From NCBI RefSeq assembly GCF_009834535.1, contig NC_045697.1, positions 27,282,001-27,346,000 on the forward strand: a stretch of 64,000 bases of DNA. The letters are read 5' to 3'. Shown piece by piece: positions 26,071 to 40,295 of this stretch. This stretch comes from Camelus ferus. Its lineage: Eukaryota. Made by a program: the position numbers and the translations under genes. Positions within the stretch are counted from its first letter, which is position 1. Each line of letters opens with the position of its first letter. The notes beneath the pieces are model-generated. The model did no database searches. It saw nothing but the letters and a program-made list of their open reading frames with translations, and was not told where the DNA came from.

Positions 26071-26578
26071 TTACTTGGTCCTCAGTGAGGGAAGAGGCCT
26101 CGCAGTTCTCAGCTGGAGAAGACGAGACACGGGGACACTTCGCAAGGATGGGAAGATGGGCCTCATGGTTATAAACTAACAGACTTCAAAAGGGGTATTT
26201 GAAAAGGATGTGCAAATCAGGGCATCTGCTCTCAGTAAAGCACTTCGGATCTGTAAGGTAGTTGTAGTATCCGTCCAAGAGAACTCACTACCGAAGCTCT
26301 AAAAAGAGGTCACAGCCTTTGCCTGGATGAGTAAGGCAGTAAGTTAAGAGTTTTAGCTTTCAGAATCTTACAAATCTACACATTAGCACCTACAAGTCCT
26401 CAGACTACGAATACTTCCCTTGAATCATAATTGCTCACCATTACTGTAGTAAGATTTGAAAGAGATGAAGAAGGAGGGGGAAAATCTACCTGGAAAGTCC
26501 TAGAGAACTACCAGTGTCGGCAAGGCTAGACTCACAGAGCCTGTGGTCACTGGAGGTTATTTTTTTTAAAGCATTCTG

Positions 26579-26717
26579 GGAGGAGGAGGGCAGGGAGGCA
26601 ATCAGGTTTATTTATTAATTTAAAAAAATTTTAATGGAGGTACTGGGGATTGAACCCAGGACCTCGTGCACACTAAGCACATACTCTACCACTGAGCTCT
26701 ACTTTCCCCCAACCCCC
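26579..26717 (-). mobile_element. tRNA-derived SINE (Vic-1-like)
   Basis: GGAGGTACTGGGGATTGAACCCAGGACCTCGTGCACACTAAGCACATACTCTACCACTGAGCT. Confidence 0.9.
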
Positions 26718-27924
26718 GAGATTCTTCATGCTTTACCCTCACCCTGTTCCATGAGATATTTATTGCAGTCTTCGCTGAATCACAGGGTAGTTTTAGATTT
26801 TCACTTGTACAGTATATGACTTAAAATTCTGCTGACTGGGAGGGAGAGGCTAATATTCTTGTGCAGAGTCACTTTTAGAATCTGAATGAAAACGTCCATC
26901 TCTGGAGTCCTGGTTTTTCAGTTAACCCTTATGTCCTTGTCACTTGCACAGATCATGTGATGATTTGGGGCTGATTGGGGCTGCAGATAAATTGTGCTCA
27001 TTTACAGTGGAAATCAAAGCAAATCGACGATTTGATTGATGTTGTGTAATCACCGTGTGCTGACTGATGTGCAGAGTCTGTGACAGCTGCAGGCACTCAT
27101 CACCCACACACATTACCTCCATCCCTCTCCTACCCTGGCACTCGACATATCTTGCATTCAACTTGAGTAATTGGATGCCCTTTCTGCAAGTTTGAGCTGA
27201 AAAGTATGAATGGTAAATTTCAGAGTAATATTTTAAAAAATACACGGAAATACAATGTGGTATGAAAAGCATATTGCTAATTAATAAAACAGAATCAGGT
27301 AGGAATTTCCTGGACAGATAAGAGAGGGATAGTGTTTATATTCTGAAAGTGATCATGAATAATTCTTATGAGCTCAGATTTAAGCTGATACATATTAATG
27401 TCAGGCTTTATAAAAAAAGGGTCAAAGTGCCACATGCAATTAAGGCTTAAAATCAGGAGAGGCACAGGCAACAGAACACTGTTTATGTAGTTTTTAATTC
27501 CCATGTTACTGGAATGGAACACAACCAGTTATATAATATAATATATAAAATCTACTAGGGAATTCAGTAATATTGCAATTAAGTTTCAAGTCCTTCAAAA
27601 TCATTTTGCCTATTAAACATGCTGCTGTAATTGTTTAACAAGGACTTGAATAAAAGACCTCAGAGAAACATATGCGGGAGCAAGTGCAAATAAGGTTAGT
27701 GAGAAAGAAGTGAGCCAGTCTGATGTGTAGAATAAGTGGTAAAATCTACGGAAGCTTCTTTCAAAAGAGGATGAGCATGAGGCAAGCCCAAGAGGCTGTT
27801 CGTGTGTATTTGAGAAATTTGGATGGTGTGGTTAATGTGGTATGTGTGGAGGACAGTAGGCAGTAAGGATGAGGTCAGCTGAAAGTAAGGGAATGTCCAG
27901 TTTATAGTGGTTCACATCCTCATT

Positions 27925-28070
27925 TCTCTAACTGTGGTCCTTAGCAGCATCACCTGGGAGCCTGTTATTAATGTAGATCCTCCAGGCCCACTTCAGGTCT
28001 ACTAAATCAGAATTTTTCACTTTAATGAGATTTCCAAGTGATTCATAGGCACATTGAAGTCCAGTTTAGG
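27925..28070. mobile_element. MER5A-like hAT MITE
   Basis: CAGCATCACCTGGGAGCCTGTTATTAATGTAGATCCTCCAGGCCCAC...TACTAAATCAGAAT. Confidence 0.7.
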
Positions 28071-29494
28071 CAATACAGATATTTTGATGTATCATTTAAT
28101 AAGGATTTGGAGATAAGCAGTTTCAGAATGGTTGGATCTGTATCATCAATAACACAGGTTTTCATCTCATTACATTCTGCCAGGCTTAGCATGTTGATTT
28201 TGGCTTTATGACCTCATGGTTCAAAGATGGCTGCTGTAGCTCTCTTCACAAGTGAGTTCCAAGCAGGAAGAATGGGGCATACTTTTCCTAGTATCTCATT
28301 GGCTAGAGCTGGCTCACATGTTGACTTGTGGACTAATCATTTGGAAAGAGGAATAGTATAAATATGACTTATTTATACTATTCGTTCATTTAATTAAAAA
28401 AAATGCATTGCTTACTATGTACCAACTCATAGCCTATCCTTTGGGGCTAAAGCCTGAGATCAAGAGTCTCTGTTTATTAATTGAACAAAATTAAGATTCT
28501 GCTAGTATAGTGGAATGAGAGGAAATCATTATTAGGCAAGAATTGTTGTCTACCACTGGTAGGAGAGGCCAGATTTGGAAGAGTCTTGGACGCCATGCCA
28601 AGACTGGACTCCATCCAGTGGTCACTGGAGAATCGAGATAGGGACACAATCAAGTCTGTGTTTTGAGAAGTAAACCTAGCCTGTGGAGGATGGACTAAGA
28701 CCAGAAAGGAGATTTATGGAGATGATGACAGCTGACCTATGACAGTAATGAGTGGAATGGAAAGAAGGGGCTACATTTGGAAGGCCACTCCAAGACGGAG
28801 TCATTCCTTAGTGATACTGTTCATGGGTGGTGAGAAAGGGAGAGGACTCAGAGATGTCACTGAGACTTTGGTGGGATAACTCACTCAGCTGTCCAACACT
28901 AGTTGCCATTTAAAAAAATCTGTGTATTTTACACATATGTGATCACAGGATACACACCTGTAACCTGGATTTTCCACTTTATGTATCATGAGCTGATTTC
29001 TGTGTCAGCACATAGAGAACTAGCTCATCGCTCTTTAACTCTGATTTTTATTTGAAAAATATTATAAAACATAGGCAAGTTAAAAAACCATTTATAAACT
29101 GATAAATTTAAGACATTGTAAAAATGAAAAAGGGAAAATGCTTTCCATCTTGCTTCTGGAACTTATGCCTCCCCCAGTTTTTTCCTTAAGGTAATACAGG
29201 AAAAATGTCAAGAGTGTCTGACGCGCATACATACATCTCTCCTTTCTCTCTCTCATAATCATGCTACTCATATTAGTCTTCAGCATGTAATTTCCACTGT
29301 TACTCTTTTCTACAAAAATCCCTGCCCTTTATTTGTGAGTGGCTTGCGGTCCAGGAACATCCAGTGTTAACATAAGAAGGCTCTACCTCAAAGTTTACAC
29401 CTTCCCTTTTCCTATTTATATATGTAGATTATCATCTACAGAGTCAGCTTCTAGTGAACTTGTAATAGACAGCAGCATTTATTGTTTTGTTCGT

Positions 29495-29630
29495 TGTCTG
29501 TCTCCCTCTTCACTGGGATGTAAGTTTTGTGAGGGCAGGGATTCTTTTTGTTTTATTAACAGATGTATCCCTGCAGCCTGCACAATATCTAGCCCCAGAT
29601 GGGTGCTCAGTAAATATTTGTGATGAATGA
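29495..29630 (+). mobile_element. LINE-2 3' terminus
   Basis: TGTAAGTTTTGTGAGGGCAGGGATT...GGTGCTCAGTAAATATTTGTGATGAATGAA. Confidence 0.75.
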
Positions 29631-32600
29631 AAACATTTCCAGCAGATTATCCTCATTGTGCTTTGCTTGAACACAGTTAAAATCTCCAAATGTTCTTGCC
29701 CTGTACCTCCATTCTCTATCTTTCCCCCTTGGCCTCATACGGTGCGCTCAAGGGGGTCAACTAATTTGAATATTAATCTAAAGAAAAGGGGCTACAGTAA
29801 TGACCTCCTTCAGGGAGGTCAATGCCTGCCACAGTGAAACATAAAAAATTGTTATCTGGTCATTAGGGTTATCTGCACCACTGCCTCCCTCCCCTTGCAC
29901 GCAGGCCCAAGTCGACCAAGTGAATGAAGTGAACCTCCTTTGTGGGTTGAGAGAACTTACACAGCTGTTGAGTTTGTTTAATACCCATGGTCACACCAGC
30001 GGAATATGGCAGGCATATCCCTTCCTTTCCAAAGGAAGGAAAGAGGTGACTATGTATGATCCATGATTACTATGTGACACTTATTCCTCATAACTATGAA
30101 AGGAATAAATAATACCACTGTTTTAGAGAGGAGGAAATTGATCTCATCGCAAGAACGTATAGTAAAGGGAGAGCTGACTTTTCAACATACCCTTTCTGAC
30201 TCCAAACTCCAATTTCTTTTTTAACCCTACACTACTTTTTTGTAAAAGTTCAGACCAGACTGTTTGATGTTTTTCTTTTTCTTCGTCATTACTTTGAAAA
30301 GGTCACTTCTGACAGCTGATTTACGTTTCCTGACAAGCCACGTATCATTTTTCCTCCTCCCCTCCCTTCCTTTCCCTCGTTTTTCATTCCTTGTGTTTAC
30401 AAGGCAACAGAAGATAGTTTTTCATGATGTGCTGGAGATGGTATATTTTACTGAAAATGCCAGACAAATAAAATTGTAAGTGGTCACTGGTGAAAACCTA
30501 CACTGGAAAATGTGATTTCAGCTATAGTTCTGTGTTTCTTAAAATGCTATTTTTGCTGATCTCTACTCAGAACCACGGAAACAGATGGCCACATTTCCTG
30601 GATTTGCTGCCAGTTTTTATGCCCCCTTTTCTCATATACATTTATGGTGACCAAGTTTGCTTTTAAAACATATGCTAAGAAGAATGACGTATTTTTCAGA
30701 CTGAAGTTGTCGAGGGAAAAATATGCTTAAGAAGGAGTCTGTAAAATCAACAAAGCAGACTTATCTCCCAGAAAATCCATTCTCTGATCAGGCTGTTTCA
30801 TCTGTAAAGCTTTCTGGCCTGTCCACCTCCCATCCTCCAGCCAATAAATGCTAAATTCCTTAGCTTGGCAGTCAAGAGCCTTGTCCATCTGGTCTCAGAT
30901 GATTATTTAGATTTTCCCTCTAATTCCAAGATTTTGTGTCCTATTCAACAAAATAGGACTGTTAATTTTTCTGGAGTAGCCAAGCAAGCTTTCCTCTTTT
31001 TGCTCATTGCTGTTTCTTTTGCCTACAGAGGTTATTTCCCTCCTTTACTCAAGAAAAGCATTCATTTCCATCTCTCCTACTGCTAATGCTGCCTCCTCCA
31101 GAAAGCTTTCCTGGATTGGATTTGCTGTCACACCTCATCAATCTATCCCTTATTTAGAACACTTACACAACATCTCTTACTTTACTTCTGCCCAAATTCA
31201 GAGAACCACTCTAAGGCTATTCAATGAAAAAAGAAATGTGTCAAAGTGCTTTGAATGAAAGCAATTAGCTATAGTTTCTGTTAATGGTGTAATGGTGCAG
31301 GTTGCAGACACGTGGCCTGGCCTGCAGACTTTTATTGTTTGTGTTTGAAGCAAAGCAGTTCCATTTGAATGCCTGCAGGCTGGCATTTACACTCTATTCA
31401 CTAGTCTCCCCACTCCCTGCTGCCTTCTACCTGACATGTCACATATATGCATCACTGCCTGATCCCTCATGGTGCTTGGTTCACACGCTCCATGTAGCTG
31501 TTAAATTAATCACTTGCTGCACCAGGCCCAAGTCAAGGCCCTGTTGCTTCCTAGCTGGTTCCTATAGTATCTCTGAGTGGCCCTTTGTATTTGAGGTCAG
31601 CCTTATGCAAAGAAACAGGTATATTTTTGCATATGGACTCAAATACAGACACACACACGGCGACGGCTCAAAGATTCCTGGAATGCATTGGCAAACAGGC
31701 GTATTTATCACTGAACTAAAGGGACCCCCTGCAAAACTGCCTTCAACTTATCTTGAGGTGTTAGAAACAGAAGTGACCCTTTGCTACTGTGAATCGAGAG
31801 GCTGGACTAGGTTGGAAGAGGGTTGATAAGTGGATGTGGTCATTACCACACTCCAGTATCCTGCACCAACAGCAGACCTCAGTACCTATGACATCACCGC
31901 TGAGCCCAGACAGAGCCCTGTGACTCCATCACCACTAAGTGCTAGATTTCTGCTCCTGGCAGAAGAGAGAAATCAGGGTGAAAAATATTTGGCACCTTGC
32001 AGTTAGAAGAACTTTGGGGAGCTGCTTTAGTCAAAAATCGAAGACTTGGATTTATTAAAGGTTGGTAAGAAGTGAAACCATGTATGCAAAAGTACGTTAT
32101 AAATTAAGAAACGTTATAAATGCTGCTGTTTATTTATTGGTTGCCCTGTACTCTGTGCAAGTGCCTTTGGTCACTTCAAATGTCTGGAAGGTGGAGGTGA
32201 CCTCCACTTCATGGTAGTGGAAATAGGGCTTGGATGTTCAGTAAATTCTGAGTCTCCCAGCTCACTGTAAGCTTTGTGCTGAGACCCGGCCCAGCTCTCT
32301 CTGACCTCAGCCTGCCCTCTTTGCTTGAGGTCATGTGGCTCCCAGATTATGCTCTAGGCACGTAAATTAGTTATTACAATAACCATTTCTGCTATAATTA
32401 ACATTCTACTTAGATATAAAGTGGGTCATGTTCCCTCTCATTCTCCCTGAGCTGTCTGCTGGTTCTACACTCCTTCCATACCCATTTTCTCACTTCTGGA
32501 GATCTGTGAACAAGATTTGCTCCTGCAGAGAAAGGAGGAGACCAGAAATAGCAAAGGATAAAGGAAAAAAGGCCAGGGTCAGGTCAAGAGCTTCCCACAT

Positions 32601-34694
32601 CGTGTCTTTCCAGTCTAGCAGGAACCAGATAGGAGCCTTAAGGAGATCTCAGAAGCCAAAAGAGATAATATTGAGAGTTAAGTGAAATGTTGACAAATAG
32701 GAAACACATATGCAGCTCCGACTAACACTGATTGTATTAAAATGCCTACATGGTTAATAATACTCACGAGTTCTCACCTTGCTTCTGAAGTCTTGTAACT
32801 GAAAACAGCTTTGTGCCCATGCCTTGGACTCTGTGCAAAGCTTTGATAGATGTCTGATGTCAATCTCGATCAGGAGTTGCTCCAGGGTTTCTGAATTCCA
32901 GGATGTAGGGAGCTTTCTAGATCAAGAGTTGGTATTTATCTTATGTGTTAGTAGTTTTGTTGCTCCTATGGAGAGTGGGCAGTCATTATGTCTCTGAATG
33001 TTTGATTCCACAAAAAAGCCAACTGAATATGGCTGTTGCAGAGCCATCTGAGGCAGCCAGAGGCCGAGGGTTCCAGATGCCTTCCCAATCAAAGGGTGCT
33101 CAATGCTGACCTCTAGAAGAGATACTAAGTCTCAGTCCAAGACTGCCACACTCTTCCCTATAGAAGAGTCACAATACTGTGACTTTTTCTCCCCCTTACA
33201 CTTCTCCCAGGAGGTTTGTTTAGTTTAAAAATTCAAGACAAATCATAAAATGTTTGAGAAGTAATAGTCAGTGCTTCCTTATTCACATTTTTTTTTAATC
33301 TAAAGGTCACTTTTGATTTTTCTCTCACTTACACCCTACCTTCCAACCAGCTGCAAGCCCTGTTGGTTCTGTTTCCAAAATATGTCTTGACTCCATCTGC
33401 TTCTGTACAGTGTTCACTGCCACTATCTTAATCCAAGCCACCATCATAATGGCCTCCTAACTGGAGAACTGGTCTCTTGCTCCATTTCTGACCCCAGGAT
33501 TCCATTCTCCATTTAATGTCAGAGCAACTGAGTTAAGAATTCAGTCAGGTAATTCCTCTAACTCATTCAGGTTTTTCTGGAGGTGACCCCCTGGTGGGTT
33601 CTCTAGATAAGTACTCCTTGTCTTGGGTCAGTGGCCCACTCAAGGATGAGTCTCTGTTAGGTGTGGGCATAAGCTCCTGCCCATCCATTCTCTCTTCACC
33701 AGAAAAGCTGGATTTCGTCTATGGAAGAGGACATGATGTTGTGTAAATGCCAGGGCCCTGTTCTCCTGTAAGATTCATATCTCTGTGTTTCAGACTCAGA
33801 CCAAGCACCACAGGCATATCCTGGACAAGACTGGTAGTATTGCTGGAGTCAGAGTCCCCGGGTCTTAATTCTGCCCCTCCCTCTTATTGGCCACGTACTT
33901 TGTGCAAGCTACTTAACTTCCAAAATTTTACTTCTTAAAGCTGCTGTGAGAGACACTAAATGTGTCTAACTTCTGTTTAAATGTTTAATGTTTAAATTTT
34001 TAATGTCTAAGTTTATATGAAATTCTTAGCTTAAGGTCTGGTACATAGTAAGCACCTAAATGATAATCTGTTACAGCAGAAGTGCAATAAATATTTGTTC
34101 AATGAATAAATTACTTAGCCTCTTAGAGTTACATTTCATCACCTATAAAGAGGTTTAGCTGGATGATAACTTTCCAGTCTAATATTTCTGTGGATTTAGT
34201 TATGAGGATGTTGATAGTTATGATAATTTGTGATTATATTGTTACTGATTTTTTTAGGATTATTATGAAGGATAATTAAAAAGTCAAATTCTAAACTGAC
34301 ATAAAGTGAACAAATTGAACAAAACAGAAAATTTTTTAAATAATCCCCCTAAATCTAATGACAACCTGGTCTTTGACTTAGTGTGTCTCTGGTCAGCACA
34401 GGGCTTGCAGCTTCTCTGAGGGTCTTTAAGATCTCCAGGACAGTGATTAATCATTTAGCATAGGTCTATCTTTGGCAACGAACATGAACTCTTCAACATC
34501 TGTTTGCATATAGTGCCCTAGGCCGTGGGATAGGAAACCATTATGAAAATACAAGCCATGTCCTCTGCTGAAGTCAATAAAAATCATTTGGTTGAAGTTA
34601 TGTGTATTAACTAGACTACACTCATCTTTTAACTGATTCTCTTAATAGTATTGTTTCTAAATATTTGTGAAGTCAAAGAACAATTGGTATGAAT

Positions 34695-35615
34695 TAATAT
34701 CCAGAATATCTAATAGATTTCTTCAAATCGATTAAAAAAAATGACAACCCAGTAGAAAAATGGCCTACAATGTGAACAGGCAATTTACAGAGGAGGCAGC
34801 CTGGACAGCCATTTGACATATGTGACATAGGAAAAGATGGGAAACTCACTAGCAACCAGGGAAAGGCAGATTAAAGTGAGAAGATAACATATCACACTCA
34901 TTAGATTAGCAACATGTAAGAGCTGGATAGCACCAGGATTGGTGAGAATGTGAGGAAATGGGCGTCAGCCTGCGGGTGGGAGTATAAACTGGCACAGTGG
35001 TCCTGCAGCAGAATATGGCCATGTTGTAGTGCAGCTGAAGATGTGAATACCCTTAACCCGGCGACTCCATTTCTGGGCACACATCATGGGCATGTGCATA
35101 AGGAGATGGATGCAAAGGTATGGCTGCTATGGTGGAAAGAAAAAAAAGAGAGAGAGAGAGAGAGGGGAAAAAATCTAAATGTCCAATCAAAAAGAGAGGA
35201 GATAATTATATTGTGGAATAATCATACAACTTAATACAATTGGAGACTATTCAGCAGTTAGAATTACACAATGTTGAATATGAAAAGCAATTGCCAAAAG
35301 AATATATACACTATGATACTGTGGAGGAAAAAAACTTGAAAGCACAAAAACGCCTTTGTATTGTTTGTGGTTCATACCTATGGGGATAATATATACAAAC
35401 AGGGGGAAAGATACACTTAGTGCCACATGGTGGTTGCCTCTGGGGTTGGAGGGGGAACTCTGTAGTGACACTTTACTTCTTAAAAGAAAAAAATACGTAT
35501 ATGTACATATGTGCAAAATATTTAAAACTGTTAAAACTGGGTAGAAACTCCCTGGATAGCTGTCATATTATTCTATTTAATTTTTTGTGAAATATTTTAT
35601 GATTTTAAAAAACAC
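34695..35615 (+). mobile_element. Old L1ME-like fragment
   Basis: ACAACCCAGTAGAAAAATGG...GAACAGGCAATTTACAGAGGAGG, GAGTATAAACTGGCACA, AATCTAAATGTCCAATCAA. Confidence 0.75.
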
Positions 35616-36834
35616 CTTAGAAAATAAGAATGCCGTGTGCAATAAAAAGTCCAGGATTAGGTTCTGCTCCTTTGTAGATTGGGGATCATCTTGCTTCTCT
35701 TTTACCCTCCAGTGGCTAATTTCTCCTTGGCCTTTGGGTGCATCCTTAAACCCTTCAGCCCCACTTGCTGCGGGCCCATCTTAAAGGGCCCCCATGCTGG
35801 GTTTCAGGCCTTCTCTGCTGCTTTCCTAGCATCATCTCTTTCCTGGCATGTAGCCTGTCTCACTTGGTCACACAGTTTCCTGTTTACTTGCTGCAGGGGC
35901 CCACTGGGCCCTAAGGCTTTCCTCTGGGGACAGGTGGCGTGTTTAGTGTAGCATCCCTGGGGATGGGTGTGCCAATGTGCGCCACAGATATCCATCAGGT
36001 GACTGCATAAATGAAAAGACACTTCAGTGGCTTAACTTCCATTGCTGTGCACACAGTGGGCCAGAGTAGGATGCCTGAAATCACTGCTGCTTGGCTTGAA
36101 ACTATAAAGCAGCATTTGTTGGCTCAGAGGGCCTCTGTGTTCCTTTCTTGGATTTGGCCAGCCGTGGCCCTTTGGAGAGGAAGAGTAGGGTGATGTTTTT
36201 CACGTAAGGAAACCTTGTCCTATACCTACTGACACATCCAATCCAAGAATTAGGTTCTTATTAAGCTTTATAGGGGCCAGACCCCATCCAGCTGAATTTC
36301 CAGGGCACTGGGCGGTCAGGGTCCCCCAGTCCGTCAGCCAGGCCAGCTTTTCACAGGCAGGACCACTGCTCCTACCTCCCCAACTCCCAGCAGCCCAGCC
36401 CCTGCTCTGTCCTGGATTCAGGTCGGTCTGGCTTGCCAGCTCCCAGCGTGGCCTCAGTGGGGAGACTGCTGCAGCCTCGTCTCCTTCTTACTGGCCCCTG
36501 GCCCAGCAGTCCCCTTGAGAAGGGCCCTGCTGCCTCAGACTCAAGGAGAGCTTGCTTCCTTCCCTTCCCTTCTTCTCTCATTCATTCATTGATTCATTAA
36601 AATTTGCTGCCATTTCCAGCCCACCTCCTTTTAGTCCAGCTGGCACTGGCTCAGCCCCTGGCTCCAGGAGAGAGGCAGAGCTACTTCCCTGACAAAGCTT
36701 GCTATTGGCTGCAAGCTGGTGGCTCTCTTGAGAGCCGCTCTTGGCCAGACTAGATCCCTGAAATGGTAGAGTATGAAGCCCTGTGTTGGTAGCACTTAGG
36801 GCTGCTTGCTTTCCTGGCATTGCGGAGAACCTCA

Positions 36835-37085
36835 GCTCTACCTAGGCAAGACCTTGGGGGAAATGATTTTTACTTTGCTCAACCTCTGCTTCCTTGTGTG
36901 CAAAAACAATAAAATAACAGCTTGCAGGAGATTTTCCAGATAATAATTAGGGCTGTGTAGTAAAGTAGTTAAGTTGACTTGAGCCCGAATCCTGGTTCTG
37001 TCTCTTCGGTTTCCCCATCTGAAATAGGGTAATCGCGGTCCCCACCTCGCTTGCTGTAAATGCTTAGAACAATGCCTGATCCCCA
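36835..37085 (+). mobile_element. MIR fragments
   Basis: CTCTGCTTCCTTGTGTGCAAAAAC and TCGGTTTCCCCATCTGAAATAGGGTAAT...TGCTTAGAACAATGCCTG. Confidence 0.6.
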
Positions 37086-37089
37086 ATGA

Positions 37090-37650
37090 GTACATTTGTT
37101 ACAATTGATGAACCCTCATTGACATATCGTTATCACCCAAAGTCGATAGTTTACATTAGGATTCACTTGTGGTGGTGTACTGTACATTCTGTGGGTTTGG
37201 ACAAATGTATCCATCATTATAGCATCATACAGAGTATTTTCCTGCCCTAAAAATCCTCGGTGCCCTGCCTACTCATCCTTCCTCTCCCACCCCCAACCTC
37301 TGGCAACCACTGATCTTTTTTCTGGCTCCATAGTTTTGACTTTTCTAGAATGTCATATGTAGTTAGAATCATACAGTATGTAGCCTTTTCAGATTGGCTT
37401 CTTTCACTTAGTAATGTACATTTACGGTTTCTCCATATCTTTTCATGGCTTGATCACTCATTTCTTTTTAGTACTGAATAATATTCAATTGTCTGGATGT
37501 ACCACAGTTTATTTATCCATTCACCTACTAAAGGACATCTTGGTTTCTTCCAAGTTTTGGTAAGTATGAATGAAGTTGCTGTAAACATCCGTGTGCAGGT
37601 TTTTGTGTGGACATGAGTTTTCAACAAATAACAAGGAGTGTGTTTGCTGG
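37090..37650 (-). mobile_element. L1MC-like 3' region, antisense
   Basis: GTACATTTGTTACAATTGATGAACC, TTTTCAGATTGGCTTCTTTCACTTAGTAA, GCTGTAAACATCCGTGTGCAGGTTTTTGTGTGGAC. Confidence 0.88.
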
Positions 37651-39359
37651 ATTGAAACATGATGCACTTAAAGACCTAGATGAGAGTGAACAAACTGTTT
37701 AAGAAGTGGGAAATCACTCTAATCAAAGGTAAATTAAGCCACTTTTTTGGGGAAAAAAAAGGAAATTATGATTTGGTAGGATAGAAGGGGGAAAGAAAGT
37801 TTAGGTCCGATTTTTATTAACTCATAGGTTTGACCAGGAAATAGGAACTGATATTTTGCAGTCTAATTTTTACAGAGAAACATAACCTTCAGTGCAGGAA
37901 AAAAGTTATTTTTCAGTGAAATTAATATTATGCAAAGTGGTATTTTTCATGTTTCCCTTAGAAAGTATAATTAAAATGTCTGAGTTTAAAGCTGAGCATC
38001 TATGTTTAGGTATAGCACAGGGTGAGGATATCAAAATCTTTTGACTCCAGATTTTCACTGTTTTCTTTTATGAGCTCATTGCCGCTGGGTTTTTCCACGA
38101 ATTTGAAACATGTGTGTGCCGCACTTTGGAAAGATTATTTGCTTAAACTTTATAGACTGAGCTAAAAATAGGAAAACACAGTTTCTATTTTTGGAATATC
38201 TTACCAGCTAAAAAGTGAACACAGTTACTATACATATTAAGCAAAATATTGAGAAGGGAACAGTTACTTAAATAGCAAAATATATCGATTTAGCTGGTTT
38301 CAAAATGTCACAAGTACGGAAATGAATTGATTGTTATTTCTAAGGAAGAGAAAAAGCTGCATCATAAAGTAAATTTCTGTTTTAACAAGACTGCTGAGTG
38401 CAGAGAGAAAAAAGGCATCCCCAAACTGGTGTGGACTTTATTCTTGGGATTTGTTACTGTCCGGTTCCCTCTAGAGTTACAAGTTCAGTGGCTCCCTTTT
38501 TACACTGTGGAGTCCTGTTCTAGCTGGGCTTAACAGCCAGCTTTTAATTTTGCAATGTAGTGAAGGTGGCTGGAGCCACTTAAAATGTTCTTATTAAATG
38601 TATTTGCTGTTATTCTGGCTAACGAGAGACTACAACTTGATGCACAAAACCAAAACATAAAATTAGAGACCTTAATTTAAACATTGACACGGGTCTATCA
38701 AAGTAGAATGTTCTTCAGTTAATCCCCTGAACTTATTGTCTACCTCCAAATAAATCTTCATAAAATGTGTCCTCCCACCCTCCTCCTGTACTTTCTTTCA
38801 CTCATGCACCAATTTATTGAGCATCCTTTGCTCTGAAGCTGGTCTTCAAATACCCAGTCTTGCCACCTAAAGACTCCGTTTTGAGTTTAGCATGATTTAA
38901 AATGTGAGTACGTGTGTGTGCTTGAGAGAAAGCAAGAGAAGTGGACCGGGAACGAGAGAGGATGTGTGGGGAAGAGAAAAGTGAGCTGAGTCGTGTGACT
39001 GAGCAGGATCCATTTCTTAAGGAGGAACTGTCTGAAAGTGTGAGAGGCTAGTGTTTCTGTTGCACACCAAGTCTCTGCCCAGAATGATAGGCATTTAGCA
39101 GAGAAACTTGGACGATTTGTGGCGCAGCTTCTAGAGTGAAAGTAACACATGGAGCACAGACACCCTGCTAGACATAGCAACTCGTAAAAAGGGAGAGGAA
39201 AGTACTGAGAGATGTCCAGGGGGGCCCACCCACCCCAGAATTAGTTTTGGCTAACACACAATCTCTTCTTTGCTCTCAACTGTTTGTCCTGTCTATGAAC
39301 AGCCATGAACTTGAGATCTCCTGCCCATGTTTTATTTCTGTATTTATAACATATCATAC

Positions 39360-39962
39360 TGTATTAGTCAGTGTTCTCCAGAGTAACAGAACCAATAGAA
39401 TATGTATATGTGTGTGTGTGTGTGTGTGTGTATACTACTACTTCTACTACTTCTACTACTTCTACTACATATATATATATATAAAGAGATTTATTATAGG
39501 AATTAGCTCATTTGGTTACGGAGACCGGGAAGTCCCACGATCTGCCATCTTCAACCTGGAGAACCAGGAAAGTGGTGTATTTCAGTACAAGTCTGAAGGC
39601 TTGATAATTGGGGGGGGGGGGTCAGGGACATAGGGGGTTTGCTGATGATTTAAGTCCTGGTATGAGTCCAAAGGCCTGAGAACCAGGAGCACTGATGACT
39701 GAAGGCAGGAGAAGATGGGTGTCTCAGCTCAAGCAAAGAGAGAGGGGGCGTGGGGGGAATTCTCCTCTCTTCCACCTTTTTGTTCTATTCAGGACCTCAG
39801 TGGATTGGATAATGTCCACCCAACCAACCACATTGATGAGGGCATCTTCTCTACTCGGTCTACCAATTCAAATGCTAATGTCTTCCAGAGACCCCTTCAC
39901 AGATACACCCAGAAATAATGTTTATCAGCTATCTGGACATCATTAAAATTAACCATCCCACA
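39360..39962 (-). mobile_element. ERVL LTR (MLT2B-like) with internal composite microsatellite (TG)n(TACTACTTC)n(TA)n
   Basis: TGTATTAGTCAGTGTTCTCCAGAG...GAGATTTATTATAGGAATT...ACACCCAGAAATAATGTTT...AAAATTAACCATC. Confidence 0.88.
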
Positions 39963-39984
39963 TACCCATCATTAGCCGACAACA

Positions 39985-40295
39985 ACCACTGCTACTGCTG
40001 CTGCTGAAGTTTCTTCTACTACTACTACTACGTCTACTACTACTACTACTACTACTACTAAGTCTACGTCTACATCTACAACTACTACTACTACTTCTAC
40101 TACTTCTAGTACTATTATTTCTACTACTTCTACTACTACTATTCCTACTACTACTCCTGCTACTATTATTTCTACTACTACTACTACTTCTACTACTACT
40201 ACTACTTCTACTACTACTATGACTACTTCTACTACTACTACTTCTACTATTACTACTTCTACTACTACTTCTACTACTACTACATCTACTACTAC
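39985..40295. repeat. Imperfect (ACT)n trinucleotide array, left part
   Basis: About 310 bp of ACT/TCT/ATT units. Confidence 0.95.
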
